57,126 bases of DNA from Candidatus Thorarchaeota archaeon (GCA_046758445.1 JBHIAE010000018.1:1-57126), one strand, 5' to 3'; shown: positions 45,893-55,948, numbered from the stretch's first letter. Notes: generated by a model from the letters alone, not told the origin. Program-made: numbers and translations.

Positions 45893-46837
45893 TCACTTAT
45901 TCTCTGCGGTCGCAATGAGTTGCCGGATTGTCCTCATGACGATTCGATTGAGCTCTGCTATTGCGCCTTCATAGTCAACCAGAGTCACTATCTCTACCGA
46001 CTCTTTGGCGGCACACTTCAACATATAGTCCTGAATAAGCCGTGTTCCTTCGAACTCGTTGTGTCTGACCTGGATGTCATCTGAGACAGTCTTCAATCCA
46101 GATGTGCTGCATTTGGCCAGAAACATTATCCTGTGCACTTCCGCTGGCGGATTGATTAGGACCTCTACTACTCCGGCGCCAAGGCCCTGAAGGCTACCTG
46201 GAGTTATATGCACACCTTCCACAATTGCCTCCGCCCCTTCATTGAGCACTCTCTCCACCGCTTGATTGACTGCGGGCATTATGTGCTCGCATTGAGCTAT
46301 GTAACCCCGGACAACTGGATGAAGATCTTCAGGTCCTGTTTGTTTGTGGATGTGGGCTTGGTACGTATGGGTGTAGAGTTCTGGATACTCGTCAGGAGAA
46401 TGCCCCGTTCGTATGACCTGCCTGATTGTGTCAGTACTGATTATGCGAGTGACTGCGAGATTGACTATCAAGTCCAGTGCCAACATGGACTTCCCCGTGG
46501 CAGACGCACCTTCTAGTACAAGGACCAGGGGCTGAGTATCCGTTCCTTTCCTCCTCAAGCTATTGAAGCGTTCCAGCAGGTCAAAGTCATCTAGCAGAGC
46601 TGCATTCATTGAACGAACTGATTTTCTACATGCTGATATGAGATCATCATATGCAGGAATCTCGTCATTGTCTGAGAACCGTTTTTGCAGCTCCGCAATC
46701 GCGCTCTCCGCATCGAGACGTGATAGACCGCTCAGACGTAGTCTGCCCTTCAGAGCTGTAAGTGGATATGGTATCGTTTTTCCTCTGTATTTCATTCTCA
46801 TGGGAACAACTCTGATTCTTGGCTGTGTCCTGAGCAT
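45893..46837 (-). CDS. 2-phosphoglycerate kinase-like P-loop protein
   Basis: PLV.VLEGASATGKS, ISTDTIR.V.R, P.L..., IVEGVH..P. Confidence 0.75.
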   Translation of the reverse strand: MLRTQPRIRVVPMRMKYRGKTIPYPLTALKGRLRLSGLSRLDAESAIAELQKRFSDNDEIPAYDDLISACRKSVRSMNAALLDDFDLLERFNSLRRKGTDTQPLVLVLEGASATGKSMLALDLIVNLAVTRIISTDTIRQVIRTGHSPDEYPELYTHTYQAHIHKQTGPEDLHPVVRGYIAQCEHIMPAVNQAVERVLNEGAEAIVEGVHITPGSLQGLGAGVVEVLINPPAEVHRIMFLAKCSTSGLKTVSDDIQVRHNEFEGTRLIQDYMLKCAAKESVEIVTLVDYEGAIAELNRIVMRTIRQLIATAENK

Positions 46838-46852
46838 AACATGTGAACTGGC

Positions 46853-47365
46853 TCAAAAGGACTTCCATGTGCAGTATCCCTTGCCTTCTCGTCCTGGGTC
46901 TCCACGAAAGGATCTCCCGGTCTTCGACCTTGGTCTTTTGCGGCGCGGTGACTGCCCCATGAAAGGTTTGCTCATATCAACTGAATCATCGATATTGTCA
47001 ATCGATTCGTCCAACTCAACAATCTCACCTTGTCGACCGACAGTCAACTGCATGCATTCATCGTAGACTATCACTCTACCCTTGCGAAGCAGGTACGTCT
47101 TACCAACTTGGACTGCTTCTACATCGTGATTCCAGAGTATGAGTGTGATCTTGCCACTCGGGTCACCTATGACCGCCTCAGCAACAAGATGATTGGTTCT
47201 CCATTTACGTGACACGACTCTCCTTGGCTCCTCCACCGATAGAACCATGAACTTGACAGTCACTTCTCCGCGATGTGGAGTAATCTCTGAGATGTCAGTC
47301 CCTGCTGGCGAAATCGCTTCTTGTTTTCTTCCAATATCGGGCTGATTCAATCTTCTCATCCACAC
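46853..47365 (-). CDS. OB-fold single-stranded nucleic-acid-binding protein (SSB/RPA-like) with basic tail
   Basis: V.EA.IGD.SG.I.L.LW, G.TY....G......QL.VG..G.I.E; start uncertain. Confidence 0.75.
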   Translation of the reverse strand: MWMRRLNQPDIGRKQEAISPAGTDISEITPHRGEVTVKFMVLSVEEPRRVVSRKWRTNHLVAEAVIGDPSGKITLILWNHDVEAVQVGKTYLLRKGRVIVYDECMQLTVGRQGEIVELDESIDNIDDSVDMSKPFMGQSPRRKRPRSKTGRSFRGDPGREGKGYCTWKSF

Positions 47366-47521
47366 TAATGTAGCTCAGAGATACTAAAGAAGACCTACAA
47401 AGAACAACGGATTGCAACGCCATTACAGCTATTCATAAGTCGGTTCCACACTATAGTTTAGCAAAGCAGTCTTGACTCAAATGATCAATACAACAACTAC
47501 ATTCCTTTAGAGGATGAATCT

Positions 47522-47917
47522 ATGACAACCAGGATCTTCATCGTCGATGATGAGCCGGATATCATCAACATTCTGTCCCAGTTTCTCGAGAGATACATCG
47601 ACAATCTTGAGGTCATCTCAGCCTTGAACGGTGAGGAAGCCGTTGAGAGAATCACTCAGCTGGCCAAAGAGGATAGTCTCCCGCATGTCACCCTTATGGA
47701 CCTCAAGATGCCGGTCATGGACGGCATTGAATGTACTAAGAAGCTAACGGAATTGGGAGTGGAGAATGTCCAGATACTCACCGCCTATGTCGACCGGGAC
47801 CTGATTGGCCGTGCTGTTTCTGTGGGGGCGAAAGGACTTCTCATGAAGAGTGAAGGGCTGAATACTGTCGCCGCGAAAGTTGCCGAGATGGTTCGGGGAG
47901 TTCGACCTCCGACCTAG
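47522..47917 (+). CDS. Stand-alone response regulator receiver (CheY-like)
   Basis: IFIVDDE, A.NGEEA, LMDLKMPVMDG, LTA, GA...L.K. Confidence 0.9.
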   Translation: MTTRIFIVDDEPDIINILSQFLERYIDNLEVISALNGEEAVERITQLAKEDSLPHVTLMDLKMPVMDGIECTKKLTELGVENVQILTAYVDRDLIGRAVSVGAKGLLMKSEGLNTVAAKVAEMVRGVRPPT

Positions 47918-48011
47918 GCACAACAAATGAATGCTGAAATCTACCTCCGCAATGCTTTTCTGTCCTAGACTGTTTAGTCTGCTTCATAATACCGAGAGTG
48001 AGGAATGAACG

Positions 48012-49541
48012 ATGCTCCGCTTCCGCCGCAAACCGATTCTGTTTGGTGTGGCCGTCTTCGGTGCACTGTTGCTCCTTTCCAGTGCATCTCTGACTGTATC
48101 GCAACCTCCGGGCTGGTTTGGTGACGATCATGTACACGCATACATCGCCATCAACGGCGTCAGCATCACCGCTACCAGTCAGACTGCACCAATTGAGATT
48201 GACCTTGACACGCCAACCTCTATTCACATTGAAGTCGATGTAGTAGGATCCACCGCTGTATTCAGCCTAAATGGCACAATAAGCTTCTTCTACCAGAGCA
48301 TCAAGATATTCGAGCTCTTTCTAACTCAAGATGAAACAGTGTCCTCCTTGGCACCTGCTGATCCCATATTGCCCGTCGACGCACTCATAGACTTTGGGTC
48401 TATCCTCAGGACCACTCTTGGAGGTTATGAGGTTGATCTGATTACTGGCCAATTTGAAGCGTCAGTCAGTCTCCTATACCATCTGGATGGAGAAACAGCA
48501 GGCGTGGATGCACCTCATCGTATCGAGCAGATGTTCTTCTTGGTGATCCCTCCGGGTGATGCACTCGGCGCCATAACCTCTGTTGCAGGCATTGCAACCG
48601 TGGTCGCAACCGGCGCGGCAGTAGTAGGAGTGGGAACGAACATCAAGAGCGTGTTTGATGGTTTCAGCACGGCACACAAGCTCAGGTCAATTCAGAAGAA
48701 GGCTTCTGAGATTCGATCTCTTCCAGACCTAACTGTTCTGGGAGCGCTTCCTGCGTTATTCTCAATCGTCGCTGGAATGGTGAAAGTGAAGAAGAAGAAG
48801 GAAGAAGACATAGAGAGGGAGGCTGCCGAAGGGAAGGAAGGTGTAAGCGAGTACATCGTTCGTCAACGTGTACGTGAGATTGCCCCCGAAGCATGGCGGC
48901 GGCAAAGGTGTCCCAACTGCAGGACCAAGTGGCGAGAGGGCGCAAAGACCTGCAAGAAGTGTCACATAGATATCGATGGTGCTGAGGATAAGTATGCAGA
49001 CCTCTTGGCTTCAAGGGTGGACAAAGCGCTGAGAGTCATGGGTAAAAAGAAGTCACTCTCGATTCGGAAGCTGGCGAAGAGAACCAAGTCCAGTGAATAC
49101 AATGCTGGAGTGATTGGGGCAGCAATGGTCGACACCGAGGTGACTGAGATTCAGAAGATCGAAACGCCGACCCGGAGCTTCATAATGAACATTGGAGGTC
49201 TGGCATTTCTGATCCTCACATGGCAGCAGCTCCTTGGTGGAGCAGCTAGTCAATTCCAGACGACTCTCACTGTGGTGGGAGGTACTCTCTCACTAGGAGT
49301 GATAGTGGCCCTCTACTTCTCGCGCAGGACTCAGATTCAAAAGCTGAAAGAAGAGCTCGATGAGAAAGGAATTGGGGTCACCGATGACATCAGCGACGTG
49401 CCTGAACAAGAAGCTCCACCATTCGAAGTGGAAGATGTGACCGAGCCAGACACCGATGAGGAGGCGGATGAGCCCCCGGCAGAAGACGAGTCAAAAGAGT
49501 TACTTGAGGAGGAATCAGACGAAGGCCTTCCTGAAGACTAG
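48012..49541 (+). CDS. Membrane protein with extracellular domain, cytoplasmic Zn ribbon and acidic tail
   Basis: Signal/TM N-terminus, beta-rich domain, TM helices, CPNC...CKKC, basic helical segment, two TM helices, Asp/Glu-rich C-terminus. Confidence 0.7.
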   Translation: MLRFRRKPILFGVAVFGALLLLSSASLTVSQPPGWFGDDHVHAYIAINGVSITATSQTAPIEIDLDTPTSIHIEVDVVGSTAVFSLNGTISFFYQSIKIFELFLTQDETVSSLAPADPILPVDALIDFGSILRTTLGGYEVDLITGQFEASVSLLYHLDGETAGVDAPHRIEQMFFLVIPPGDALGAITSVAGIATVVATGAAVVGVGTNIKSVFDGFSTAHKLRSIQKKASEIRSLPDLTVLGALPALFSIVAGMVKVKKKKEEDIEREAAEGKEGVSEYIVRQRVREIAPEAWRRQRCPNCRTKWREGAKTCKKCHIDIDGAEDKYADLLASRVDKALRVMGKKKSLSIRKLAKRTKSSEYNAGVIGAAMVDTEVTEIQKIETPTRSFIMNIGGLAFLILTWQQLLGGAASQFQTTLTVVGGTLSLGVIVALYFSRRTQIQKLKEELDEKGIGVTDDISDVPEQEAPPFEVEDVTEPDTDEEADEPPAEDESKELLEEESDEGLPED

Positions 49542-49697
49542 ACTTTAGAACTGGAGTGGTCTCTCCACGTGGGGTCTTCATTCCAGTGTCTTCCACCTCC
49601 GGCAATTGCTACCACGCAGCACCGATAGCCTAAAGACGACAGGCCGCTCTCCGCCTCTCAGAAGTCTAGTCAGACTTGAGAGTAGGAGACTCAAAAC

Positions 49698-51068
49698 ATG
49701 ACCGAGAGAATCGCAGTGATAGGATGTGGTGCTGCAGGAGCCACAGCCGCACTGCAGGCCCGCAAGTACAGCAGAGATGTTTCAATCACTGTCTTCAACA
49801 CGGAGGTCTATTCGCAGTACTCTCGTTGCGGACTGCCCTACACGATATCGGGCAAGGTAAGAGCATACGAAGATCTTGTGCTAATGCCACCGAACAACTG
49901 GAACCCCTTGAAGATTGATGCGAAATTGGGAACGAAAGTGAACCGCATTGACCATTCGGCACGCGTACTCAGTTATGACGGAGAGTCAGGGGACAAGACG
50001 CTTGAGTATGATGCACTGGTCTTTGCAACCGGAGCAGAGAACAAGGACCCCCCCATCAAGGGTCTGGACAAGGACCGTGTTTACGGGTTGAGGACCATTG
50101 ATGACGCCAAGGCTCTTTCTGTCGAGGTAGAGAATGCCAAGCAAGCGGTTGTGATCGGAGGCGGACTCGTAGGGATGGAAACGGCCGAGGCATTCCACGA
50201 ACGCGGGCTAGACGTAACGGTCGTGGAGTTCCTTCCTCGTATCATGCTAGCGATGGTTGACCCGGATTTGGCCGAGATAGTGGAAGACCATTGCAGGGAG
50301 CAAGGCATCAGGATATTGACGAATACAGCAGCCCAGGAGATTATCGGGGAGAATAGTCCATACAGCATTGTTGTGAAGGATAGAGCCACTGAAGAAGAGC
50401 AGAACATTGATGCTGACTTCGTAGTTGTCGCAACCGGGATTCGACCCGTGACAGGCCTTGCAGAGGAAATAGGCGTCAAGATCGGGCCCACGGGGGGCAT
50501 TGTTACTGATGAGAGAATGATGACCAATCTTGAGGATGTGTATGCATGCGGTGACTGTGCGGAGCACAAAGACTTTGTCACAAGGACTCCCTCACCAGGA
50601 GGTCTCGGGACCATTGCTGTCAGGCAGGGTAGAGTCGCTGGAATCAATGCTGCCGGGGGTGACGAGAGATTCGTAGGTATCGTAGGCGCCAAGGTCACGA
50701 AGCTATTCGGTCTCGAAATTGCCAGCACTGGACTTACTACAGAAGTGGCGGCACGCCTTAATGTTCCCGTTGTGAAGGGTTCGATGAAGGGTAGCACAAA
50801 GCCTCCCTACTATATTGGAGGGAAGGACCTGAAGGTCAAGACCTTCTTCAACAAGGAAACCGGCAAGCTCGTGGGTGGTCAGCTCGTCGGGCTAGAGGAT
50901 GCGGCCATGAGACTCAATGTCTTGACGATTGGAATTCAGAATGATGTTGATGCATCCGAGCTGTTTGACTTCGAGAACTGCTATGCGCCAGCAATATGTG
51001 ACACTTGGGATCCTCTAGTCGAAGCTGCTTCGGCAGCCAAGCGTAGACTCAAGAAGAAATCACGGTGA
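49698..51068 (+). CDS. NADH oxidase/CoA-disulfide reductase family flavoprotein
   Basis: IGCGAAG, YSRCGLPY redox Cys, ATG, IGGGLVGME.AE, VYACGDC, CYAP. Confidence 0.88.
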   Translation: MTERIAVIGCGAAGATAALQARKYSRDVSITVFNTEVYSQYSRCGLPYTISGKVRAYEDLVLMPPNNWNPLKIDAKLGTKVNRIDHSARVLSYDGESGDKTLEYDALVFATGAENKDPPIKGLDKDRVYGLRTIDDAKALSVEVENAKQAVVIGGGLVGMETAEAFHERGLDVTVVEFLPRIMLAMVDPDLAEIVEDHCREQGIRILTNTAAQEIIGENSPYSIVVKDRATEEEQNIDADFVVVATGIRPVTGLAEEIGVKIGPTGGIVTDERMMTNLEDVYACGDCAEHKDFVTRTPSPGGLGTIAVRQGRVAGINAAGGDERFVGIVGAKVTKLFGLEIASTGLTTEVAARLNVPVVKGSMKGSTKPPYYIGGKDLKVKTFFNKETGKLVGGQLVGLEDAAMRLNVLTIGIQNDVDASELFDFENCYAPAICDTWDPLVEAASAAKRRLKKKSR

Positions 51069-51522
51069 CATTTTCGAGAGCGTACTGGAATGAACTCATC
51101 TGCGTTGGTGAGCTTGTCACCACCACAATCTCTAATTCAGAGGTAGTAGATTTGGAGTAGTCGTAGACGGCCTTGGATACTTCCTCCGCCACTTCCCAGC
51201 TAGGTATCCGTGCCACCTCGAGACCCAGAGTGTAGATTCCGATGCGTTTGGCTTCCACACGGTCAGCGGCTCTCAATGCGTTCTTCACTGTGTCGTGAAT
51301 CGCTGATCTCCTGTCAGGAGTTTCCATGGTGAGCGGGGGCCAGAACTCAGCGTTCTCAGCAGTGGAGTGCTCTTGAATGGAGATACCAAGACCACCTGGA
51401 ATACTGCCCGCATCTATGCGCGCCAGGACGTTCTTGGATTTGACTACAAGATCGAGTTTGGAATCTGTATAGGGTCCGAGACGGACCATTACCTTGACCG
51501 AGTCGAAGTAGCAGTCAGTCAT
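51049..51522 (-). CDS. Degenerate macrodomain-like protein
   Basis: C-terminal half (TVKNALRAAD...RIGIYTLG....P..EVAE....AV.DY) aligns with the neighbouring macrodomain, but the GGG and G.G loops are missing. Confidence 0.55.
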   Translation of the reverse strand: MTDCYFDSVKVMVRLGPYTDSKLDLVVKSKNVLARIDAGSIPGGLGISIQEHSTAENAEFWPPLTMETPDRRSAIHDTVKNALRAADRVEAKRIGIYTLGLEVARIPSWEVAEEVSKAVYDYSKSTTSELEIVVVTSSPTQMSSFQYALENVTVISS

Positions 51523-52082
51523 TATTCGTCCCTCAAGGCACTTTCCATGACTTGATCAATCAGCGCGTCCTCAACTGCCTTCTCAAAGAGGTCACACATG
51601 TCCTGGGTAAATCCGACTAGCATCACCTTCTTGACCGATCTCGCAGCTCTAGTATACTCAGTGACTGCCTCGGCGATTGCCTTTGCTGACTCCTCTTTCT
51701 TGAGACCTCCGATTCCTGAGCCAATGGCCGGGAAGGCGACTGCCTCAAGGCTGTTCTCACATGCGATGTCAAGTGCAGTGTTGACTGAAGACCTCACATT
51801 CCAGTAGGTCGCACTTCCCCCTGGAGGCATACCGGCACAATGGATTACGTGTTTAGCCCGAAGCTTTCCTGCAGTCGTGATCACCGCTTCGCCCGGTCTA
51901 ATTGGCCCCCTGCTTAAAGCCTCCTTCTCAATCACTGCCCCGCCTTTTTCCTTGATTGCTTCAGCCACACCTCCGCCCATCCACAAATCTGAATTGGCAG
52001 CGTTGACAATGGCGTCAACATCCAACTCAGTTATGTCCCCGAGGTGGGTCTCAATCAGGACACCACCAACTCTCCTTTCCAT
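51522..52082 (-). CDS. Macrodomain (ADP-ribose-binding) protein
   Basis: GDIT..VDAIVNAAN..L.MGGGVA.AI, T.AG.L..KHVIH, AFPAIGSGIGG. Confidence 0.92.
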   Translation of the reverse strand: MERRVGGVLIETHLGDITELDVDAIVNAANSDLWMGGGVAEAIKEKGGAVIEKEALSRGPIRPGEAVITTAGKLRAKHVIHCAGMPPGGSATYWNVRSSVNTALDIACENSLEAVAFPAIGSGIGGLKKEESAKAIAEAVTEYTRAARSVKKVMLVGFTQDMCDLFEKAVEDALIDQVMESALRDE

Positions 52083-52168
52083 TGAGCGTGTCTCCTGTTC
52101 TCTCAGACCTTAGTTGTATGACAAAAGGGCGTAAAAGTGCTTCGTGCCAACGGAACCTTTTTTTCTGC

Positions 52169-52774
52169 ATGAGTCTGTGTTGCTCCCAGGCGAGAACTCT
52201 GGACGACATTGAACCGCAAGAACTTGTCACAATCATCTCGAAGTACGGGATGCCAAAGAAGATCCACTTCGCCACGGACTTTCTTGAGTTCGAATGCAAC
52301 CTCGTGAAGGAGAGTACGACGAAGGGGCGATACCACGACATAACTTGCTTCATTCAAAGTGGTAGTGAATACGTTGTCATCCAGAAGCACGCGTACGCGA
52401 ACACTGGTATCTACAGAGCGCCATCGGGTGGGGCGAACTCATGGGAGCCCCTGGAAGACGCCGCGAAGAGAGAGATGTATGAAGAGACCGGACTTGAGAT
52501 TGAGCTTCTGAACTTTGTACTCGACTCGAGGCTAGACGTTGTCTGCGAGGATGGAACCATTCCTTGGCGGTCTCTTGTCTTTCTTTCACGGGCAATCGGC
52601 GGTGAGATGGGTGCCGTTGATACCCGTGAGATATACGAAGTCAGGACAATGTCCCGTGAGGAAATGCTCGGCGAGCCACTTCGTTTGATGGAGGAATCAG
52701 GATGGGGCGGCTTTAGGTATAGAGCCTTCTTGACGAGGTCCTTCTTTGAGCAGCTTGACTCACTCGGGCTTTGA
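52169..52774 (+). CDS. NUDIX hydrolase
   Basis: Nudix box GGANSWEPLEDAAKREMYEETGL; start uncertain (ATG 52169 or later). Confidence 0.8.
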   Translation: MSLCCSQARTLDDIEPQELVTIISKYGMPKKIHFATDFLEFECNLVKESTTKGRYHDITCFIQSGSEYVVIQKHAYANTGIYRAPSGGANSWEPLEDAAKREMYEETGLEIELLNFVLDSRLDVVCEDGTIPWRSLVFLSRAIGGEMGAVDTREIYEVRTMSREEMLGEPLRLMEESGWGGFRYRAFLTRSFFEQLDSLGL

Positions 52775-52895
52775 GCGTCCAATGTACCGAGAAACAGCCT
52801 TGTACACAAGACTTGGGCAAGTATGATTGGCCAAGCATTCTTCTGAAGGATGCGACAATGGATTATGGATGCATGAAACGATACGGGGCAGTGAC

Positions 52896-53705
52896 ATGGA
52901 GAGCAGGGAGCCTACAATCAGGAATTTGACACTTGATGATTGGGAGACTTATGAGGAATTCCGTGAAGGTCTTGAAACAGACTTTCAGCTTGATGAGGAG
53001 AGTTTCAAGAAGCTTGTAGATGGCGATGGATGTTTTGGCCTGTTCTTGGATGCGAAGCAAGTTGGCTATCTCAATCTCTACAGAATTGACGAAGATGAAG
53101 GCAATCTCCAGGGTATTGTCGTGAGAAATGAGTATCATGGAAAGGGATATGGAAGTATGCTAGTAAAGCATGCTCTCGATTGGTTCACAGAGCGAGACTT
53201 GAGGCGGGTCCACCTTTACACACAGGTAGACAACAAGATTGCTCGAGGTCTCTACACAAGGTTTGGCTTCGAGTTAGAAGCAAGGGCATGGCATTACATC
53301 GTTCCCTTGAATACATTGAAACCGCTCGGCAAGTACAGCTGTCAAGAGATACTTGAAGAAGAGATTGATTCTGTCGGAAACAAGTACCCTAGTCATCTGT
53401 CGGCTGGCCGGATCCGGCGTTCTCTTGAAAGTGATAGTCAGCACGTGCTTACGCTTAAGGACAGCGAGGACGAGATTGTGGGAGTCTGTCGCTTCACTCC
53501 AGGCTTTCCTGGTTGCATGCCTTTCGTGCTCGATGACGTTGAGTGTCTTGATGATTTTCTGGTTGGACTCGAGCCCTACAGGCTTCCGGAGTTTGACCAT
53601 GTCCGAATTACGTTTTCTCATGACCACAAGTTGGCTGAGCTCTGTAGAGACCGTGGATACGAGCTGTATCATGATTTGGTCAAGATGTCACGAGATTTGA
53701 GCTAG
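52896..53705 (+). CDS. GNAT-family acetyltransferase
   Basis: V..EYHGKGYGS.L, N..A..LY.RFGF; start trimmed to ATG 52896. Confidence 0.85.
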   Translation: MESREPTIRNLTLDDWETYEEFREGLETDFQLDEESFKKLVDGDGCFGLFLDAKQVGYLNLYRIDEDEGNLQGIVVRNEYHGKGYGSMLVKHALDWFTERDLRRVHLYTQVDNKIARGLYTRFGFELEARAWHYIVPLNTLKPLGKYSCQEILEEEIDSVGNKYPSHLSAGRIRRSLESDSQHVLTLKDSEDEIVGVCRFTPGFPGCMPFVLDDVECLDDFLVGLEPYRLPEFDHVRITFSHDHKLAELCRDRGYELYHDLVKMSRDLS

Positions 53706-53813
53706 GACGGAAACTCTGCTAATCTGCTGAGGCTGCTGTGCCGATACTCTGCTTAGACTACGCGTGTTCTTGCTGAGAGGCGGTTTGAACATGCCTCATC
53801 CAAGTTCACCAAG

Positions 53814-53984
53814 ATGACACTAAAAGAGCTCCTTGACGAGAGTCTTGTCAAATCTAGATTCGCTGAGCTTAAGAGCGCAAGTGCGCAACTAGAGAGTGTC
53901 AAGAGATACGCCAGAGCGGCTGGGATCGCGCTCTTGGCCATGAAGACCTTCACGTGGATGTTTGGAGCGGCTGGTGTACTATGA
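53814..53984 (+). CDS. Possible 56-aa small protein with hydrophobic C-terminus
   Basis: MTLKELLDESLVKSRFAELKSASAQLESVKRYARAAGIALLAMKTFTWMFGAAGVL; fills the gap and is co-oriented with its neighbours; below the ORF-track cutoff. Confidence 0.35.
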   Translation: MTLKELLDESLVKSRFAELKSASAQLESVKRYARAAGIALLAMKTFTWMFGAAGVL

Positions 53985-54009
53985 GGTGGAATGACTGAGG
54001 AGTAACAGG

Positions 54010-54855
54010 TTGGCACGACTACTCAATAGGTATGAGGGATACTGGGAGGCGGATGAGGAGTACCTCCTCAAGACCGGAGAGAACTTCACTCTGACTGAGA
54101 GTGGACTTGAACAACTGTCACAAGTTCAGAAAGCAGCGATGGCTATCTCACAGCTGACGGAGTCTGAGTGTCAAGAACTTCTCGAGCTTGGAAGGTCATA
54201 CCTTGAGGATGGTCAGATCGAAAGAGTCGGTGACCTAGCCTTCATCTATTCAGTAGCTGATGGTTTCCCACCCCCTGGAATGACCTTCGATACTGGGTAC
54301 GTGGGCGTCCCTGGCTCTCTCCTTCAGTCATACTTCATCGCCTATTGTCTTAGTCCATTGTTCGGACACGATGAAACAATAGTCTATCATGATAGGGTCA
54401 GACTTCAGTTGCACAAGCCACCGAACGGCAGGGTCGGTGACCTGTTCCTCACGAACAAGCGAATCTTCGTCCTTGGAAGAAGGAACCTTTACGACTCAAA
54501 AGGACCGGACATATATCAGATCATATACCCTGACCTGAACGAGAAGAAGCACTTCATAGGCTTAGACTACATTGACCTTGAGAGCATAAAGAGGTTCGTC
54601 ACCAAGAAGGACCGCATTGACATCACAGCCCACCTCACATACGGGAGGGCAAAGTCGACAACTATCCATGGACCACTCTGGGTGAAGTTGGAGTTCCCAA
54701 AGAAGATAACTATGACCACAGGAGATTTCCATCTAAGAATCGAACCAGGCGTCATTCTCAAGAAGTACGCCCGTGAAGGGTGGGACGAGAAGAAGCGAAT
54801 CGCCAGGCTATCCCAAGCTATTGAGAAGGCTAAGCAACCCTTGGAAAGCCAGTAA
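54010..54855 (+). CDS. Hypothetical protein with possible PH/GRAM-like domain
   Basis: 281-aa ORF, TTG start after GAGGAG; GDLFLTNKRIFV resembles the G.L.LT..R..F strand pattern of PH/GRAM folds. Confidence 0.55.
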   Translation: MARLLNRYEGYWEADEEYLLKTGENFTLTESGLEQLSQVQKAAMAISQLTESECQELLELGRSYLEDGQIERVGDLAFIYSVADGFPPPGMTFDTGYVGVPGSLLQSYFIAYCLSPLFGHDETIVYHDRVRLQLHKPPNGRVGDLFLTNKRIFVLGRRNLYDSKGPDIYQIIYPDLNEKKHFIGLDYIDLESIKRFVTKKDRIDITAHLTYGRAKSTTIHGPLWVKLEFPKKITMTTGDFHLRIEPGVILKKYAREGWDEKKRIARLSQAIEKAKQPLESQ

Positions 54856-54949
54856 AGCCAGTGGTTCAGTACATCAGTCAATGCCATTATGTTCGGTTCA
54901 AGTCCGAATGTGAGTCGACATCGAGAATTCTCAACGCATATCGGTGTGG

Positions 54950-54990
54950 CACAAAACAAAAGAGAAGGCTGCAGAAACTGCCTGCAGCCT
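54950..54990 (-). terminator. Hairpin plus U-rich tract terminator after tfb
   Basis: AGGCTGCAG/CTGCAGCCT 9-bp inverted repeat at the stop codon, followed on the minus strand by TCTCTTTTGTTTTG. Confidence 0.55.
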
Positions 54991-55948
54991 AGGGCATCAT
55001 CGTGATCTCCAGTTTCGACACGAGCTCCTTGTAGCGGTTACGAATCGTCACTTCTGTGACTCCCGCCGCCACAGCAATCTGGCGCTGTGTCACTCGGTTG
55101 TCTGTCAAGATTGACGCAATGTAGACCGCGGCTGACGCCAGACCTCGGGGGTCTCTTCCGGTGATCAGTCCTCGAGTAGCCCCCGCTTTCTTGAGAATCT
55201 CTAGGGCTACCTTCTGGACCTCGCCTGGTAGGCCCAAGTCAGCAACGAGTCTTGGAACATAGTTGCCTGGCTTCATTATTGGCATCCTTATTCCGAGCTT
55301 CGTCACCAAGAGCCTGTATGAAGCGCCCAACTTCTTCTTGGTCACTCTGCTGTGCTGCGCAATCTCTTCAAGAGACCGTGGTGATTCCATCAACCTACAA
55401 GCGGCATAGACTGCCGCTCCAACCATGGCATCGATGGAACGACTTCTCACGTAGCGGCCCAGGATGAGTTTCCTGTACAGACTAGCCGCACTCTCCTTGA
55501 GGGTCTTTGTCAGTCCCATCTGAGAGGCAAGTCTGTCCAGTTCTGTCATTGCCTGAGCAAGATTCCGCTCGAGCGAGCTGTGGACTCTTGTCCTTCTCTG
55601 CCACTTCCTGAGTCGATAGATCTGGGCGCGCTGTGAGGCTGTGAACCGAGTCCCAGTTGCGTCCCGATCACGCCAATCGATCATAGTTGAGAGACCCTTG
55701 TCATGAATTGCAAGGCTAGAAGGCGCACCGGTTCTCGCTCTAGCGTCTCGCTCTTCTGACGTGAATGCTCTCCACTCAGGACCTGTATCAATGCGATGAT
55801 CGGTCAGTACTAGTCCACACTGAGTACAGACCAACTCGCCGTTCTCATAGACCGACTCTGTGCTCCCACAGTCGGGACACGTGTGGTCCGCTATTGTTTC
55901 ACTTTCTACTTTGTTCAGATTCTTCTTCTGATATGTTCTGGATGCTAT
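54989..55948 (-). CDS. tfb: Transcription initiation factor IIB (TFB), paralogue 2
   Basis: Zn ribbon CPDC...CTQCG (first half upstream of the ORF-track start), GPEWRAF, HDKGLST, RLRKWQ.R, cyclin repeats, GVTEVTIRNRYKEL. Start apparently ATA 55948 after AGGAGG. Confidence 0.88.
   Translation of the reverse strand: MASRTYQKKNLNKVESETIADHTCPDCGSTESVYENGELVCTQCGLVLTDHRIDTGPEWRAFTSEERDARARTGAPSSLAIHDKGLSTMIDWRDRDATGTRFTASQRAQIYRLRKWQRRTRVHSSLERNLAQAMTELDRLASQMGLTKTLKESAASLYRKLILGRYVRSRSIDAMVGAAVYAACRLMESPRSLEEIAQHSRVTKKKLGASYRLLVTKLGIRMPIMKPGNYVPRLVADLGLPGEVQKVALEILKKAGATRGLITGRDPRGLASAAVYIASILTDNRVTQRQIAVAAGVTEVTIRNRYKELVSKLEITMMP

Noticed and set aside
49538-49669. MITE-like element bounded by CTAGACTT/AAGTCTAG
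   Set aside because: Only an 8-bp inverted repeat, single copy in the window, no target-site duplication seen; the internal hairpin (49550-49588) is more simply a transcript-end structure.
50081-50797. 238-aa minus-strand ORF
   Set aside because: Antisense shadow of the NADH oxidase/CoA-disulfide reductase gene.
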